64,000 nt of DNA, taken from positions 48,571 through 112,570 of the forward strand of contig JAAXHN010000009.1 in the NCBI GenBank assembly GCA_012270885.1, written 5' to 3'. Each line of letters opens with the position of its first letter. Position 1 is the first letter of the stretch. This document shows, piece after piece, positions 26,490 to 36,079 of this stretch. The translations under genes were made by a program, and so were the position numbers. The notes under the pieces are model-generated. The model was not told the origin of the DNA, did no database searches, and was given only the letters and a program-made list of their open reading frames with translations. Origin of the DNA: Acidimicrobiia bacterium (GTDB lineage: Bacteria > Actinomycetota > Acidimicrobiia > Spongiisociales > ZC4RG35).

Positions 26490-27407
26490 TTAGTTCTCGA
26501 AGAACAGCCTGGCCTGGGCGTCCTCCACTTGCAGGGTGGCCCATCCACCGGGTCCTTCCAGGAAGACCGCCACGAAACTCGACCACAGGTCGTTGGTGCC
26601 CGCCAAGGGGAATCTGGCTTCGGTTACGGTCCCGTCCCGACCGGTGAGGGTGGCCACCGACTCATCGATCCCGGGGCGGAGATACCCGTTCACCGTGAAG
26701 GGATAATGGATCTCTTCCCGACCCGACGGTAGGAAAAGGACCGCCTTGGAGCCGACTACCGGCCTGTGGAAAAACGGGATGTCCCCGGGCTTGAGGTCGA
26801 GTGTCAAGGTGGCCGGTGCGGAACTGGGAATCATCCTCGCCGAGACCGCTTCGGAGACGTGAAGATCCACGACCAGTCCTGCGTCGGGCGCCTTCACCAC
26901 GTAGATGCGGTCAACCAGGGGGGTGTTCACCAACTGGAAGGAGACCGCCGAGGTTTCATCCCCCTCACCAAGATGTAGACGGATCACCCCTCGTTCGGGT
27001 AAGGAGGTCAACAGTACGGGGGGTGGCACCAGGGTGGGCGCTCCCTCCGGGCTGGCCATGGAGAGCAGGAAACGCTCGCACTCCCCCCAGGACTGCCAAT
27101 CGATTGAGGCCAATATCGCCGAGTCCGAACCGGTCGGGTTGTAGCTGCCGATCTCCCCTTCGTCTCCGAAAGGGGGCTCGGGGGTCAGGCAGGGAGGGAT
27201 GGGCTGGGGATCGGCGGTCTCCGAAATCCGGGTTGTGGAGGTGGTAAACACCGGAGGTGGGCTGGTGGTCGTGGTGGCGGCGGCGGTGGTCGAGGTGGGC
27301 GCAGCCGTCTCGGTAACCGGCGCGGCGGCGGTAGTGGAGGTGGGCGCCTCCGCCGGTATGCAGGCCGCGATCAGAACCAGTCCGGCCATGAGCCCCCTGC
27401 GAAGCAT
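26490..27407 (-). CDS. secreted lipoprotein of unknown function with a Thr/Ala/Pro-rich linker
   Basis: It has a signal peptide plus lipobox (GLVLIAAC), then a low-complexity linker, then two beta-rich regions. The C-terminal part (FTVNGYLRPG...TLTGRDGTVTEA...WSSFVAVFLEGPGGWATLQV) is reminiscent of Gmad2-type Ig-like domains, a tentative assignment. Confidence 0.6.
   Translation of the reverse strand: MLRRGLMAGLVLIAACIPAEAPTSTTAAAPVTETAAPTSTTAAATTTTSPPPVFTTSTTRISETADPQPIPPCLTPEPPFGDEGEIGSYNPTGSDSAILASIDWQSWGECERFLLSMASPEGAPTLVPPPVLLTSLPERGVIRLHLGEGDETSAVSFQLVNTPLVDRIYVVKAPDAGLVVDLHVSEAVSARMIPSSAPATLTLDLKPGDIPFFHRPVVGSKAVLFLPSGREEIHYPFTVNGYLRPGIDESVATLTGRDGTVTEARFPLAGTNDLWSSFVAVFLEGPGGWATLQVEDAQARLFFEN
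27276..27347 (-). repeat. in-frame tandem-like repeat encoding APTSTTAAA twice within the lipoprotein linker
   Basis: The repeat occupies aa 21-29 and aa 36-44 of the lipoprotein. The corresponding DNA is ggtggtcgaggtgggcgc / ggtagtggaggtgggcgc. Confidence 0.6.
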
Positions 27408-27438
27408 CTATCCAGGCTAGTTGAGGCCGGTCCGGAGG

Positions 27439-28029
27439 TCAGCCGCGGTTACTCCAGCGTTGGTAGTGGACGGTCTCCGAGCGGGGCCGCTTTCCCCGGG
27501 CCAGGGAACCGGAGCGGCGGTCAGCAGCGGGGTAGCCGACGGTCACCACGCCCAGCGGAGCGGTGTCATCGGGGATTCCCAGCAGCCGGGACAGCCCCGG
27601 CACGGAGTGGGCGCCCAGGAATCCCGCAGCCAGGCCCTCGTCCACCGCGGCCAGCAGTACGGCCATCAACGCGGCGCCGCCGTCCACCCACCAGTAGGGA
27701 ACCGGCCAGGCGTCGCTGGCCCCCTTGTCGGGTTCCTGATAGCGACGGTGATAGGCGTCGGCGGAGACGCACACCACTATGTGCACCGGAGCGCCGGACA
27801 ACCAGGGGTCGAAGCCGCGGTCTGAGTAGCGGGGCTCGTCGGCCAACCGGGCGATCTGCGCCCGGGTCCCGGCGTCGGTCACCACCACCAGGGACTGTCC
27901 CTGGGAGTGGCCCGCCGAGGGAGCGGACAGCCCGGCGGTCACGATCCGCTCCACCGCCTCGGGAGAGACCGCTAGAGGCCGGTAGTTTCGCACCATCCGT
28001 CTCCGCCGGATCGCCTCGCTGAACTCCAT
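27439..28029 (-). CDS. nitroreductase-family protein
   Basis: MEFSEAIRRRRMVRNY... SAPSAGHSQG. ATG 28029 was chosen. Confidence 0.75.
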   Translation of the reverse strand: MEFSEAIRRRRMVRNYRPLAVSPEAVERIVTAGLSAPSAGHSQGQSLVVVTDAGTRAQIARLADEPRYSDRGFDPWLSGAPVHIVVCVSADAYHRRYQEPDKGASDAWPVPYWWVDGGAALMAVLLAAVDEGLAAGFLGAHSVPGLSRLLGIPDDTAPLGVVTVGYPAADRRSGSLARGKRPRSETVHYQRWSNRG

Positions 28030-28233
28030 GGCTGCCTTCTTTCCGGATGGCGGGTGTGGTCGGGGTGCTGAACCGTGCTTGCCGGGTTCCGTCACGACGA
28101 TACCGGTCTCCGGTTTCTCCCCACGGACGACCGGGGAGATGCTGTGATGTCACAATGAGCCGCCCTATGACCTCCCCGAAGAGGTCTCCGAGGCTTGTGG
28201 TGGCTCCGCCCGGCCACAGAGTGGTCCAGGTAT

Positions 28234-28494
28234 TCAGGAACGGGGGTCTTCGGGCTCCCGTTCCTGGTATTCGCGCCACTCGGCGATCGAGCGGGAAACG
28301 AGGACCATGATCACCGCCATCCCCACCAGGCCCAGAGCGAAACCCACCCCTCCCCAGAAAAGGGATCTGCCCACGCATCCCGATCCGAAGTCGGAACGGC
28401 AGGCCACATCGTTCACCACCCACCCCAGACCGCCGCCGAACAACCCGGCTGCCAGCGACGGGATGGCTATCCAGGGGTTGGGCCGGCGCCTCAT
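28234..28494 (-). CDS. small (86-aa) two-TM membrane protein, unknown function
   Basis: MRRRPNPWIAIPSLAAGLFGGGLGWVV ... GFALGLVGMAVIMVLV. ATG 28494 overlaps the upstream stop (ATGA). It is the C-terminal part of an over-extended ORF in the track. Confidence 0.5.
   Translation of the reverse strand: MRRRPNPWIAIPSLAAGLFGGGLGWVVNDVACRSDFGSGCVGRSLFWGGVGFALGLVGMAVIMVLVSRSIAEWREYQEREPEDPRS
28235..28266 (-). terminator. long hairpin covering the stop codon of the 86-aa gene
   Basis: The sequence is caggaacgggggtc-ttcg-ggctcccgttcctg. The outer 10 bp are perfect on either strand. There is no clear U-tract, so the role (terminator or RNA stabiliser) is uncertain. Confidence 0.3.
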
Positions 28495-29258
28495 ACCTGG
28501 TCTCGGTTCCGCTCGACTGCCGGGCGGGATCCGGTGGTCTCCCTCGCTGACCTGATGCGGAGAGGCGTGGGGCCGGGCACGGGTTCCGGTCGGGTGTCCA
28601 CCAGGGGCCGGACCGCCAGACGCGCATCTTCCGACCAGGCGGCCCAGGCGGCGAGGCCGCCCCCGGCGACTATCACGGTCCAACCCGGCCAGGGAGTGGT
28701 GACCGCAGCCGGCAGGGCAACCGCCGGGACGACAAAGCGGGTGATGAGGAGAGAACCCGCCACAGCCTTGGCGTAGATCGCCGCCGTGGCCGCGGAGAGG
28801 GCCGCAAACGCCCAGCCCCCGCCCAACCCGTTCACGGAGACCGCAGCCAGTGCGACCGGCAGACCGGCCAGCACGCAGAGGAGCAGCACGGCTCGGGCGG
28901 GAGGACCGAGGGTGGGCGCCCGGCGACGCCCGGACTCTGCAAGCCAGGGGCCCACCGCCAGGGTCAGGGTTGCCGCGGCCGTGCCGACACCCACCCACCA
29001 CCACCCTGAAAGGGAGATGGCCATCGCCAGGCCCAACTCTCCCGCAGCCAGCCCACCGGCCATCCTGCGTCCCCATCGGGAGTTCTTCACCACCACGCCT
29101 ACCAGGGCGGCCGTGGAGAGCACCACCAGTCCGGCGGCCAGCACGGCCGACTGGACGGGCTCCCAGGGGCCCCCGCCCGCGGAGATGGCGCCGGCCCACA
29201 CCAGGGCGGCCAGCAGGCAGAGCCCTCCCGCGGTGGCGGCGGCGGGAGAGGGCGTCAC
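28491..29258 (-). CDS. polytopic membrane protein, unknown function
   Basis: 255 aa, Ala/Leu/Gly-rich with about 6-7 hydrophobic spans. It has a GTG start 15 nt after the topA stop and coding-like codon bias. Confidence 0.5.
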   Translation of the reverse strand: MTPSPAAATAGGLCLLAALVWAGAISAGGGPWEPVQSAVLAAGLVVLSTAALVGVVVKNSRWGRRMAGGLAAGELGLAMAISLSGWWWVGVGTAAATLTLAVGPWLAESGRRRAPTLGPPARAVLLLCVLAGLPVALAAVSVNGLGGGWAFAALSAATAAIYAKAVAGSLLITRFVVPAVALPAAVTTPWPGWTVIVAGGGLAAWAAWSEDARLAVRPLVDTRPEPVPGPTPLRIRSARETTGSRPAVERNRDQV

Positions 29259-29272
29259 CGTTCTTTCGCGAT

Positions 29273-31828
29273 CTACCGGCGCCGCCGTGACCGGGCTTTC
29301 CCCTTCGAGGCGCCCCTGGTCCGGCGGCGCCTCTCCAGGAGTTCGCTGGCCCGCTCAGCGGTAATGGCGTCGGGGTTGTCCGTCTCACCGAGAGAGGCGT
29401 TGGTGACCCCGTCGCTCACGTACATCCCGTATCTGCCGTCCCGGAGTTCGACCGGCTTTCCGGTGCGGGGATCGGCGCCGAGTTGCCGGAGGGCCGGGCT
29501 TCCTCCCCGCCGGTAGGGTGTGGCCAGCACCCCGAGCGCCTCCTCCAGGGTAATGGTGAAAAGTTGCTCCACGTCCGGGAGGTTGCGGTTGGTCTTGCCC
29601 CGGGAGATGTAGGGACCGTACCGGCCGTACCGGGCGATCACCTCGTCGCCGGTCTCGGGGTCCACCCCAACGGTCCGGGGAAGACCGAGCCAACGCAGCG
29701 CTTCGGGAAGGCTGAGACCCCCCAACTCGGTCCCTTTGGGTAGAGAGACCCGCTTGGGCTTGGGTTTTCCGCTCTCCGTCTCTCCCAGTTGCAGGTAGGG
29801 ACCGTACCTACCTTCCAACGCCAACACCTCGAGCCCGCTTCCGGGATCGGTCCCGAGTATCTTGCGGTCGCCTCCCGACCTCCCCTCGGCCAGCATCTCC
29901 AGCGCCTTCTCCGGGGTCAGCTCGTCAGGGGGCATCCGATCAGGGATGGAAACTGTTTGACCCTCCCAGTACAGGTAGGGCCCGTATCTGCCGATCCGAG
30001 CTGCGATCTCTTTCCCGTCGGGGTCGTGGCCTATCACGATCCTTCGGGAGAGCCGGGTGTCGACTTTCTCAAGACTTGTCTCCACGCCGGCCCGGAGGCC
30101 GTCGGGGCCGAAGTAAAAACGCTCCAACCACGGCCTGGTCTGTTCCTGGCGCGAGGCGATCCGGTCCAGATCGTCCTCCATCTTGGCGGTGAACTGGTAG
30201 TCGACCAGCTTGGGGAAGCTCTGCTCCAGCAGGGTGATTACCGCGAAGGCCGTGAAGGTGGGCACTAGGGCTCGGCTCTGGCTCCAGACATAGCCGCGGT
30301 CCTGGATGGTGCTCATTATCGAAGCGTAAGTCGAGGGCCTGCCCACACCCAGCCTCTCCAGTGTCCTGATCAGGGAGGCTTCGGTGTACCAAGCCGGTGG
30401 TCTGGTCCGGTGATCCCTGGCGGTCAAGCCGTCCGCTTCGATCTCTTGCCCGACAGAGAGCGCCGGAAGGGCCGTCGAGGCGTCCTTTCCCTTGTCGCCG
30501 TCCGCCTTGCCCCCGGATCCGAGGGCCCTGAGGAACCCGGGGAAGGTGATTGTCCGTCCCTGTGACTCGAAGTCCACGGCCTCACCCCCCGAGGAGACAC
30601 CGCCCAGGGTGAGCGTGACGCTCTCCCCCGTGGCGTCCTTCATCTGGGATGCAAGGGCCTGTCTCCATATCAACTGGTAGAGCCGGGATGCATCCCCCTC
30701 GCCTGTGGCGGAGGTTACCTGCCGGGGGGTCTTCCAGGACATGCCGGAGGGTCGGATCGCCTCGTGCGCCTCCTGGGCTCCCCTCACCCTGGATTTGTAG
30801 ACCCGCGGCCGGGAGGGAAGGTACTGGTCGCCGAAGACGCTCCGGATCAGGCTCCGGGCGGTGGCGATGGCCTCGTCGGAGACGGAGACCGAGTCGGTAC
30901 GCATGTAGGTGATGTATCCGTTCTCGTAGAGTTGCTGGGCGGCTCGCATGGTGCGGGAAGGGCTCATTCTGAGTCTTCTCGAAGCCTCCTGCTGGAGGGT
31001 GGAGGTACGGAAAGGGGGAGAAGGCGAGCGTTTGTACGGTCTTTGTTTCAGGGCCGTGACAGAGAATGCCGAGTCAGCCAGTTCGGCTGCCAGGCGCTCG
31101 GCGTCGTCCTTGGCCAGTTTGAGCGTCTTGGGCTTCTTCAGTTCGCCGCGGGAAGTGAAATCCCTGCCGGTGGCCACCCGCCGTCCCTCCACCGAGACAA
31201 GGTGGGCCTCGAACCGGTCGGCCGACTTACCGACCGGGTGAAAGACCCCTGCGAGGTCCCAGAATTCGGCTCTTACGAACTTGATGCGCTCCCGGGCCCT
31301 CTCCACAGCCAGGCGGACCGCCACGCTCTGCACCCGTCCGGCGGAGAGGCCGGTCTTGATCTTCTTCCACAGCACCGGCGAGACCTCGTATCCGTAGAGG
31401 CGATCCAGGATCCGCCTGGCTTCCTGGGAATCCACCAGGGCCGTGTCGAGTTCCCGCGGGTTGTCGAAAGCGTGGCGGATGGCGTCGCGGGTTATCTCGT
31501 AGAAGACCATTCTCCTCACCGGCACCTTGGGCTTCAGCAACTGGGTCAGGTGCCAGGCAATGGCTTCGCCCTCCCGGTCGCGGTCGGTGGCCAGGTACAG
31601 GGATTCGGCGGTCGCCAGCGCCTCACGGAGCTTTTTGACCTGCCCGGACTTGCCCGGAGAGGTGACGTACTTGGGTTGGAATCCGCCCTCCACATCCACT
31701 CCGAGTTCTTTTTCGGGCAGGTCTCGCACATGCCCCATAGAGGATCTCACCTCTACATCAGGCCCCAGGTAAGAGGAGATGTTGCGCGCCTTGGTGGGCG
31801 ATTCGACGACGACTAACGCCTTGCTCAT
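29273..31828 (-). CDS. topA: DNA topoisomerase I (actinobacterial type, no zinc fingers)
   Basis: MSKALVVVESPTKA (Toprim), four C-terminal GRYGPY-type repeats and the Lys/Arg tail RRRRTRGASKGKARSRRRR. Confidence 0.95.
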   Translation of the reverse strand: MSKALVVVESPTKARNISSYLGPDVEVRSSMGHVRDLPEKELGVDVEGGFQPKYVTSPGKSGQVKKLREALATAESLYLATDRDREGEAIAWHLTQLLKPKVPVRRMVFYEITRDAIRHAFDNPRELDTALVDSQEARRILDRLYGYEVSPVLWKKIKTGLSAGRVQSVAVRLAVERARERIKFVRAEFWDLAGVFHPVGKSADRFEAHLVSVEGRRVATGRDFTSRGELKKPKTLKLAKDDAERLAAELADSAFSVTALKQRPYKRSPSPPFRTSTLQQEASRRLRMSPSRTMRAAQQLYENGYITYMRTDSVSVSDEAIATARSLIRSVFGDQYLPSRPRVYKSRVRGAQEAHEAIRPSGMSWKTPRQVTSATGEGDASRLYQLIWRQALASQMKDATGESVTLTLGGVSSGGEAVDFESQGRTITFPGFLRALGSGGKADGDKGKDASTALPALSVGQEIEADGLTARDHRTRPPAWYTEASLIRTLERLGVGRPSTYASIMSTIQDRGYVWSQSRALVPTFTAFAVITLLEQSFPKLVDYQFTAKMEDDLDRIASRQEQTRPWLERFYFGPDGLRAGVETSLEKVDTRLSRRIVIGHDPDGKEIAARIGRYGPYLYWEGQTVSIPDRMPPDELTPEKALEMLAEGRSGGDRKILGTDPGSGLEVLALEGRYGPYLQLGETESGKPKPKRVSLPKGTELGGLSLPEALRWLGLPRTVGVDPETGDEVIARYGRYGPYISRGKTNRNLPDVEQLFTITLEEALGVLATPYRRGGSPALRQLGADPRTGKPVELRDGRYGMYVSDGVTNASLGETDNPDAITAERASELLERRRRTRGASKGKARSRRRR

Positions 31829-31911
31829 TTGGCCTATCAAGTTACCCGTACGCGCCGGCCAATGCCTAACCGAAGTCCGACAGGCCGGGTTGGTGGGTTA
31901 GTGTTGTCAGG

Positions 31912-33303
31912 GTGGATTCGGTGGAAAACATCCGCGGCAAGGAGCTGATACGCCGAGGTCCATTCGCCAAGTTGTGGTGGGCGAACAGTATTTCCAGCCT
32001 GGGCGACTGGGTGAACATCTTCGCCACGCTCGCCCTTGCGGCCCGCATCGGCGGTGGGGGGGACGCCTCCACCGTGGCCATCATCGTTCCTCTGGTGGCG
32101 CGCTTTTTGCCGGGGATGGTGGCGGGGATGCTCGGAGGAGTGGTGGCGGATCGCTGGAACCGGAAGGTGACAATGGTGGTCTCCGACTTCGGGCGGGCGA
32201 TCCTGGTGTGCAGTCTGCTGTTCGTTTCCACCCTCTCCCAGCTATTCCTGATCATCGTGCTGGTGGAACTCCTGGGGCTCTTCCGCCAGCCGGCCCGGGA
32301 GGCGGTGGTGCCCACCCTGATAGCCTCACGGCATCTGGCGGCGGCCAACGGGCTCAACCTGGTCTCGATGTACGGCACTGCCCCGATCGGCTCGGCGCTG
32401 TTCGCGCTCTTGACCGAATTCAGCGAACTTCTTCCCTACACGGGCCGGTTCGGCGCCTGGGTGCTGCCCGCCTTCGTGTTCGACATGGCCACCTTCATGG
32501 TTTCGGGGCTGATCACTCTCACCATCCCCATCAAGCGGACCCTGTTGCCGGAGCGGCGACGCATGCGGTTGAAGGCCAAGTCGCTGGCGGCCCCGGTGCG
32601 GGATCTCCTGGAAGGGTGGGCCCTGGTGGGGAAGAAGGGCCCGGTGCGGCGGCTGGTGTGGGGAATGGCGGTGGCGCTCCTGGGAGGAGGGGGGCTGTTC
32701 GTGATGGGACAACCGTTCAGCCAGCAGGTCCTGGAGGCGACTGAGAGTGGGTACGGGGCGTTACTCACCTCACTCGGCCTGGGGGTCACAATCGGGATGG
32801 TGCTTCTGGCCGGTCTCGGGAAGAATCTTTTGCACCGCGAGCCGATCTTCTGTCTGGGCCTGTGGGCGGCGGGCTGGGGAATCATCTTCACCAGTTTCTC
32901 CCGGTCGGTCATCTCGGCAGTGGGATGGGTGCTGTTGCTGGGGGTCGGAACCGGCATGGCCTACGTGGCCGGGTTCACCCAACTTCACTCGGAGGTGACC
33001 GACGAGATTCGGGGGAGGACTTTCGGGGCGCTGTACACCCTGGGACGGATGGCGCTTCTGATCTCACTGACGGTGGCGGGGGTGGGGGCAGTGGCGCTGG
33101 AGGGGGTTCTCCCCGGTCTGCTTACCAATGGAATCCGGGCCGTGCTGTTCATCAGCGGCGTGGCGGTGCTCCTCACCGGACTGGTCACCATCTGGGCGGT
33201 ACGGTCCCAGTTACGAGTGGTGTTCGACAGGTCGATGACCGCCATGAGAGACACCGGCCAGGCCTTGGGGACGCTGAGAAATCGGAGATCCGAGAAGCCG
33301 TGA
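31912..33303 (+). CDS. MFS transporter
   Basis: About 12 hydrophobic spans, with the VADRWNRK loop motif after TM2. The start is GTG. Confidence 0.75.
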   Translation: MDSVENIRGKELIRRGPFAKLWWANSISSLGDWVNIFATLALAARIGGGGDASTVAIIVPLVARFLPGMVAGMLGGVVADRWNRKVTMVVSDFGRAILVCSLLFVSTLSQLFLIIVLVELLGLFRQPAREAVVPTLIASRHLAAANGLNLVSMYGTAPIGSALFALLTEFSELLPYTGRFGAWVLPAFVFDMATFMVSGLITLTIPIKRTLLPERRRMRLKAKSLAAPVRDLLEGWALVGKKGPVRRLVWGMAVALLGGGGLFVMGQPFSQQVLEATESGYGALLTSLGLGVTIGMVLLAGLGKNLLHREPIFCLGLWAAGWGIIFTSFSRSVISAVGWVLLLGVGTGMAYVAGFTQLHSEVTDEIRGRTFGALYTLGRMALLISLTVAGVGAVALEGVLPGLLTNGIRAVLFISGVAVLLTGLVTIWAVRSQLRVVFDRSMTAMRDTGQALGTLRNRRSEKP

Positions 33304-33920
33304 GGCGGGCTCGGTATCTGGCGACCGAGGGTACGGAGGGGGTGGGCAAGTCCACCCTGTGCGATCTGGTGGCCGCCCGCCTGAGAGAGCGCGGCATCGA
33401 GGTGGTGAGGGTCAGAGAGCCGGGAGGGACCCGCCTGGGGGAGGCGGTCCGGGAAGTGCTCCTGCATGGAGGTGAGATGAACGACTGGAGCGAGGCGCTC
33501 CTGTTCGCCGCCCAGCGAGCCGAGTTGGTGGAGAGGGTCGTACGCCCATCGCTCTCAGAGGGAAAATGGGTGCTATCCGATCGGTGTTATTACTCGTCCC
33601 TGACTTACCAGGGGTATGCCCGCCGCCTGGGGATCGGCCGGGTCTGGTCGGTAAACAGATCGGCTTTGGGTGGGACCCTGCCCGACCTGGTGGTGTGGCT
33701 GGACATGGATGCCGGGGCGGCCCTCGCTCGCCAGCAGGGGACCGATCGCATCGGAGCGGCCGACCTTGCGTGGCATCGGGAGGTGTGGAAGGGTTACCGG
33801 AGTCTGTGGACCTCCGATCGCGGTCGGATGGTGAGGGTTGACGCCGCGGCGCCCGCCGAAAGGATCGCGGAGCGCCTGGTTTCGGTCTTGGAGATGCGGG
33901 GATGGCTGACCGACTGCTAG
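33300..33920 (+). CDS. tmk: thymidylate kinase
   Basis: The GTG start overlaps the MFS stop (GTGA). It has the P-loop EGTEGVGKST, REPGGT and DRCYYSSLTYQG. Confidence 0.85.
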   Translation: MRRARYLATEGTEGVGKSTLCDLVAARLRERGIEVVRVREPGGTRLGEAVREVLLHGGEMNDWSEALLFAAQRAELVERVVRPSLSEGKWVLSDRCYYSSLTYQGYARRLGIGRVWSVNRSALGGTLPDLVVWLDMDAGAALARQQGTDRIGAADLAWHREVWKGYRSLWTSDRGRMVRVDAAAPAERIAERLVSVLEMRGWLTDC

Positions 33921-34975
33921 CGGCGCCGCAAGGTCCTCCACCGATCATCGGGCATGGGCCTGTCTGGGAGCGGCTGATCGCCGAATCCCGCGCTCCGACC
34001 GGCGCCTACCTGTTTGTGGGGCCGCGGGGGGTCGGCAAGAGCCTGGTGGCTAGGCGCTTTGCCGAGCGGTTGGTGTGCGGGCTGGGCGGTGAGCACCCCG
34101 ATGAGTGTTCTTCATGTGAGAAGGCCCGGGCAGGTGGACATCCGGACATCGTGGTCGTGAGCCCTTCCGAAAGACAGCGGATCGGGGTGAATGACGCCCG
34201 GGGGGTGGTCCAGAGGGCGGCGCGGACCCCGGTGGAATCGGATCGCAAGGTCTTCATAATCGACCGGGAGATGACCGAACCGGCAGCCAATGCGCTGCTC
34301 AAGACGTTGGAGGAACCCACCGGCTCCACGGTGTTCATACTGGTGTCTGTCTCTGCCGAGGACTATCCGACCACGGTGGCCAGCCGCTGCCGCATCATCC
34401 ACTTCGGCAAAGTGGGCGCTTCCGAATTGGTGGAGGCCCTGGTGATCAGAGGGGTGAACCGCTCCGAGGCGGAGGTCGTGGCGGAGGTGGCGGGAGGCCG
34501 GCCACAGATGGCGCTGCAGCTCAGGGGGGAAGCCCCGACGGCGCGGTTTCGCTTCGCCTGGAGGGAGAAGGCCGAGCAGCTGGCCGAGCGTGACCACCTG
34601 GGGGCGGGCCAGGCCCTGGCCATGGTGGATGAGGTGCTGACTCACACCGAGCGGATGCTCGATCGGGTTCGGCCCTCCCGGTCGATGGTTGGCCGCGAGA
34701 GGGAAAGAGCGCAGCGGGAGACGCGCCGACAGCGCCGGTTGCTGTGGGTGTCGGGGTTGGAGATAATGGCGGGGTGGTTTGTGGACGCCGCAGCCCGGGA
34801 GTTGTCAGGGTCCGGCGGAGGACCGGGGAAGGGGATGCGGCCGGCGTCGGTTGAGCCCGCCAGGGCACTCCGCTCAGCAGACCTGATCTTGCAGGCCGGG
34901 GTGGAGCTTTCCCGGCTCAACCTCCGTCCCCGGGCCCGCTTGGCGGAGCTCTTCTGCAGGCTGGTCAGGCAATGA
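33902..34975 (+). CDS. holB: DNA polymerase III delta-prime subunit
   Basis: YLFVGPRGVGKS, a Cys-containing segment (CSSCEKARAGGHPD) and ALLKTLEEP. Confidence 0.8.
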   Translation: MADRLLAAPQGPPPIIGHGPVWERLIAESRAPTGAYLFVGPRGVGKSLVARRFAERLVCGLGGEHPDECSSCEKARAGGHPDIVVVSPSERQRIGVNDARGVVQRAARTPVESDRKVFIIDREMTEPAANALLKTLEEPTGSTVFILVSVSAEDYPTTVASRCRIIHFGKVGASELVEALVIRGVNRSEAEVVAEVAGGRPQMALQLRGEAPTARFRFAWREKAEQLAERDHLGAGQALAMVDEVLTHTERMLDRVRPSRSMVGRERERAQRETRRQRRLLWVSGLEIMAGWFVDAAARELSGSGGGPGKGMRPASVEPARALRSADLILQAGVELSRLNLRPRARLAELFCRLVRQ

Positions 34976-35547
34976 GCGGGAGACGTTCCGGCAGGTCGCG
35001 GATACTCACCGTTCCCAACCTGGTCTCCTTCTCGCGTATGCTTCTGGTGCCGGTGTTCTGGTGGGTCCTGCTGGGGGGTCGCCCCACGCCGGCCGCGCTG
35101 ATCCTGGTGGTGATGGGAGTCACCGACTGGCTGGATGGCTGGCTGGCCCGCCGCCTGGACCAGGTGACCGATCTGGGAACCCTCCTGGACCCGGTCGGGG
35201 ATTGGCTGATGATGGCATCGGCGGTGTTGGGCGGGATGGTGGAGATGCTGCTGCCCGTCTGGGCCGGAACGGTCATCTTGTCCAGATCGGTGGTGGTCGG
35301 CTTCTGGTCCGGGTGGATGACTGCCCGGCGATCCGCACTCGACGTCCGCATGAGCGGGAAGGTGGCCATCACCTTTCTCTACATTGCGATTCCCCTGTTC
35401 TACTTCTCTTCCGACCTCACCGGTCTATTCGGGACCGTCCTCGAGGGGATAGCCTGGGTGGCGGTGTTGGTGGGAATGGCGCTCTACTGGTGGTCGGGAA
35501 TCCTGTACATCCGGGACGGACTGGGCGTGGTCCGGGAGAAGCGGTAG
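34972..35547 (+). CDS. CDP-alcohol phosphatidyltransferase family protein
   Basis: It carries the DG(x)2AR(x)8G(x)3D(x)3D motif (TDWLDGWLARRLDQVTDLGTLLDPVGD). Its ATG overlaps the holB stop. Confidence 0.8.
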   Translation: MSGRRSGRSRILTVPNLVSFSRMLLVPVFWWVLLGGRPTPAALILVVMGVTDWLDGWLARRLDQVTDLGTLLDPVGDWLMMASAVLGGMVEMLLPVWAGTVILSRSVVVGFWSGWMTARRSALDVRMSGKVAITFLYIAIPLFYFSSDLTGLFGTVLEGIAWVAVLVGMALYWWSGILYIRDGLGVVREKR

Positions 35548-35634
35548 CCGCGCTTGGGGGCCGGTGGGTACCGAGCCGGGAGGGGTGGCGGAGAAGCGGC
35601 AGGGCTATGCCATTTCCTGATAAGGTATGTTCCC

Positions 35635-36024
35635 ATGGAAGAAAACGGTATCGAGATCCCCGACCACCTCTTGTACACCGCCGAGCACGAGTGGGTTCTG
35701 GTCGGTGACGGCAAGGCTCGATTGGGCATCACCGACTATGCACAGGACGCCCTGGGTGATGTGGTCTATGCCCAGTTGCCCCAGGTTGGGGACGAGGTGT
35801 CGAAAGGAGAGATCATCGCCGAGTTGGAGTCGACCAAGTCGGTGGGGGAGATCTACGCGCCTTTCGACGGTGAGATCCTGGCGGTGAATGAGGAATTGGA
35901 GACCCGACCGGAGTTGGTCAACCACGATCCCTATGGCGTGGGCTGGATCTTGGATCTGTCCCAAGCCGGCTCGCTGCCCTCTGCCCTCCTGGACGCGGCA
36001 GGTTACCGGGACCTGGTCTCCTGA
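35635..36024 (+). CDS. gcvH: glycine cleavage system H protein
   Basis: YTAEHEWV and the lipoyl-lysine motif ELESTKSVGEIYAP. ATG 35635 was chosen. Confidence 0.9.
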   Translation: MEENGIEIPDHLLYTAEHEWVLVGDGKARLGITDYAQDALGDVVYAQLPQVGDEVSKGEIIAELESTKSVGEIYAPFDGEILAVNEELETRPELVNHDPYGVGWILDLSQAGSLPSALLDAAGYRDLVS

Positions 36025-36079
36025 GACCGGGCGGTTTCGGGCCGAACTGGCAGGTCCGGCGGGGGGAGGGCAAGTTACA

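Noticed and set aside
35548-35634. Glycine riboswitch upstream of gcvH (and upstream of gcvT, 51979-52057)
   Set aside because: Both leaders are too short, and both lack the GGAGAG...CACCG...GGGCAA / CTCAGGCAAAAGGAC core elements.
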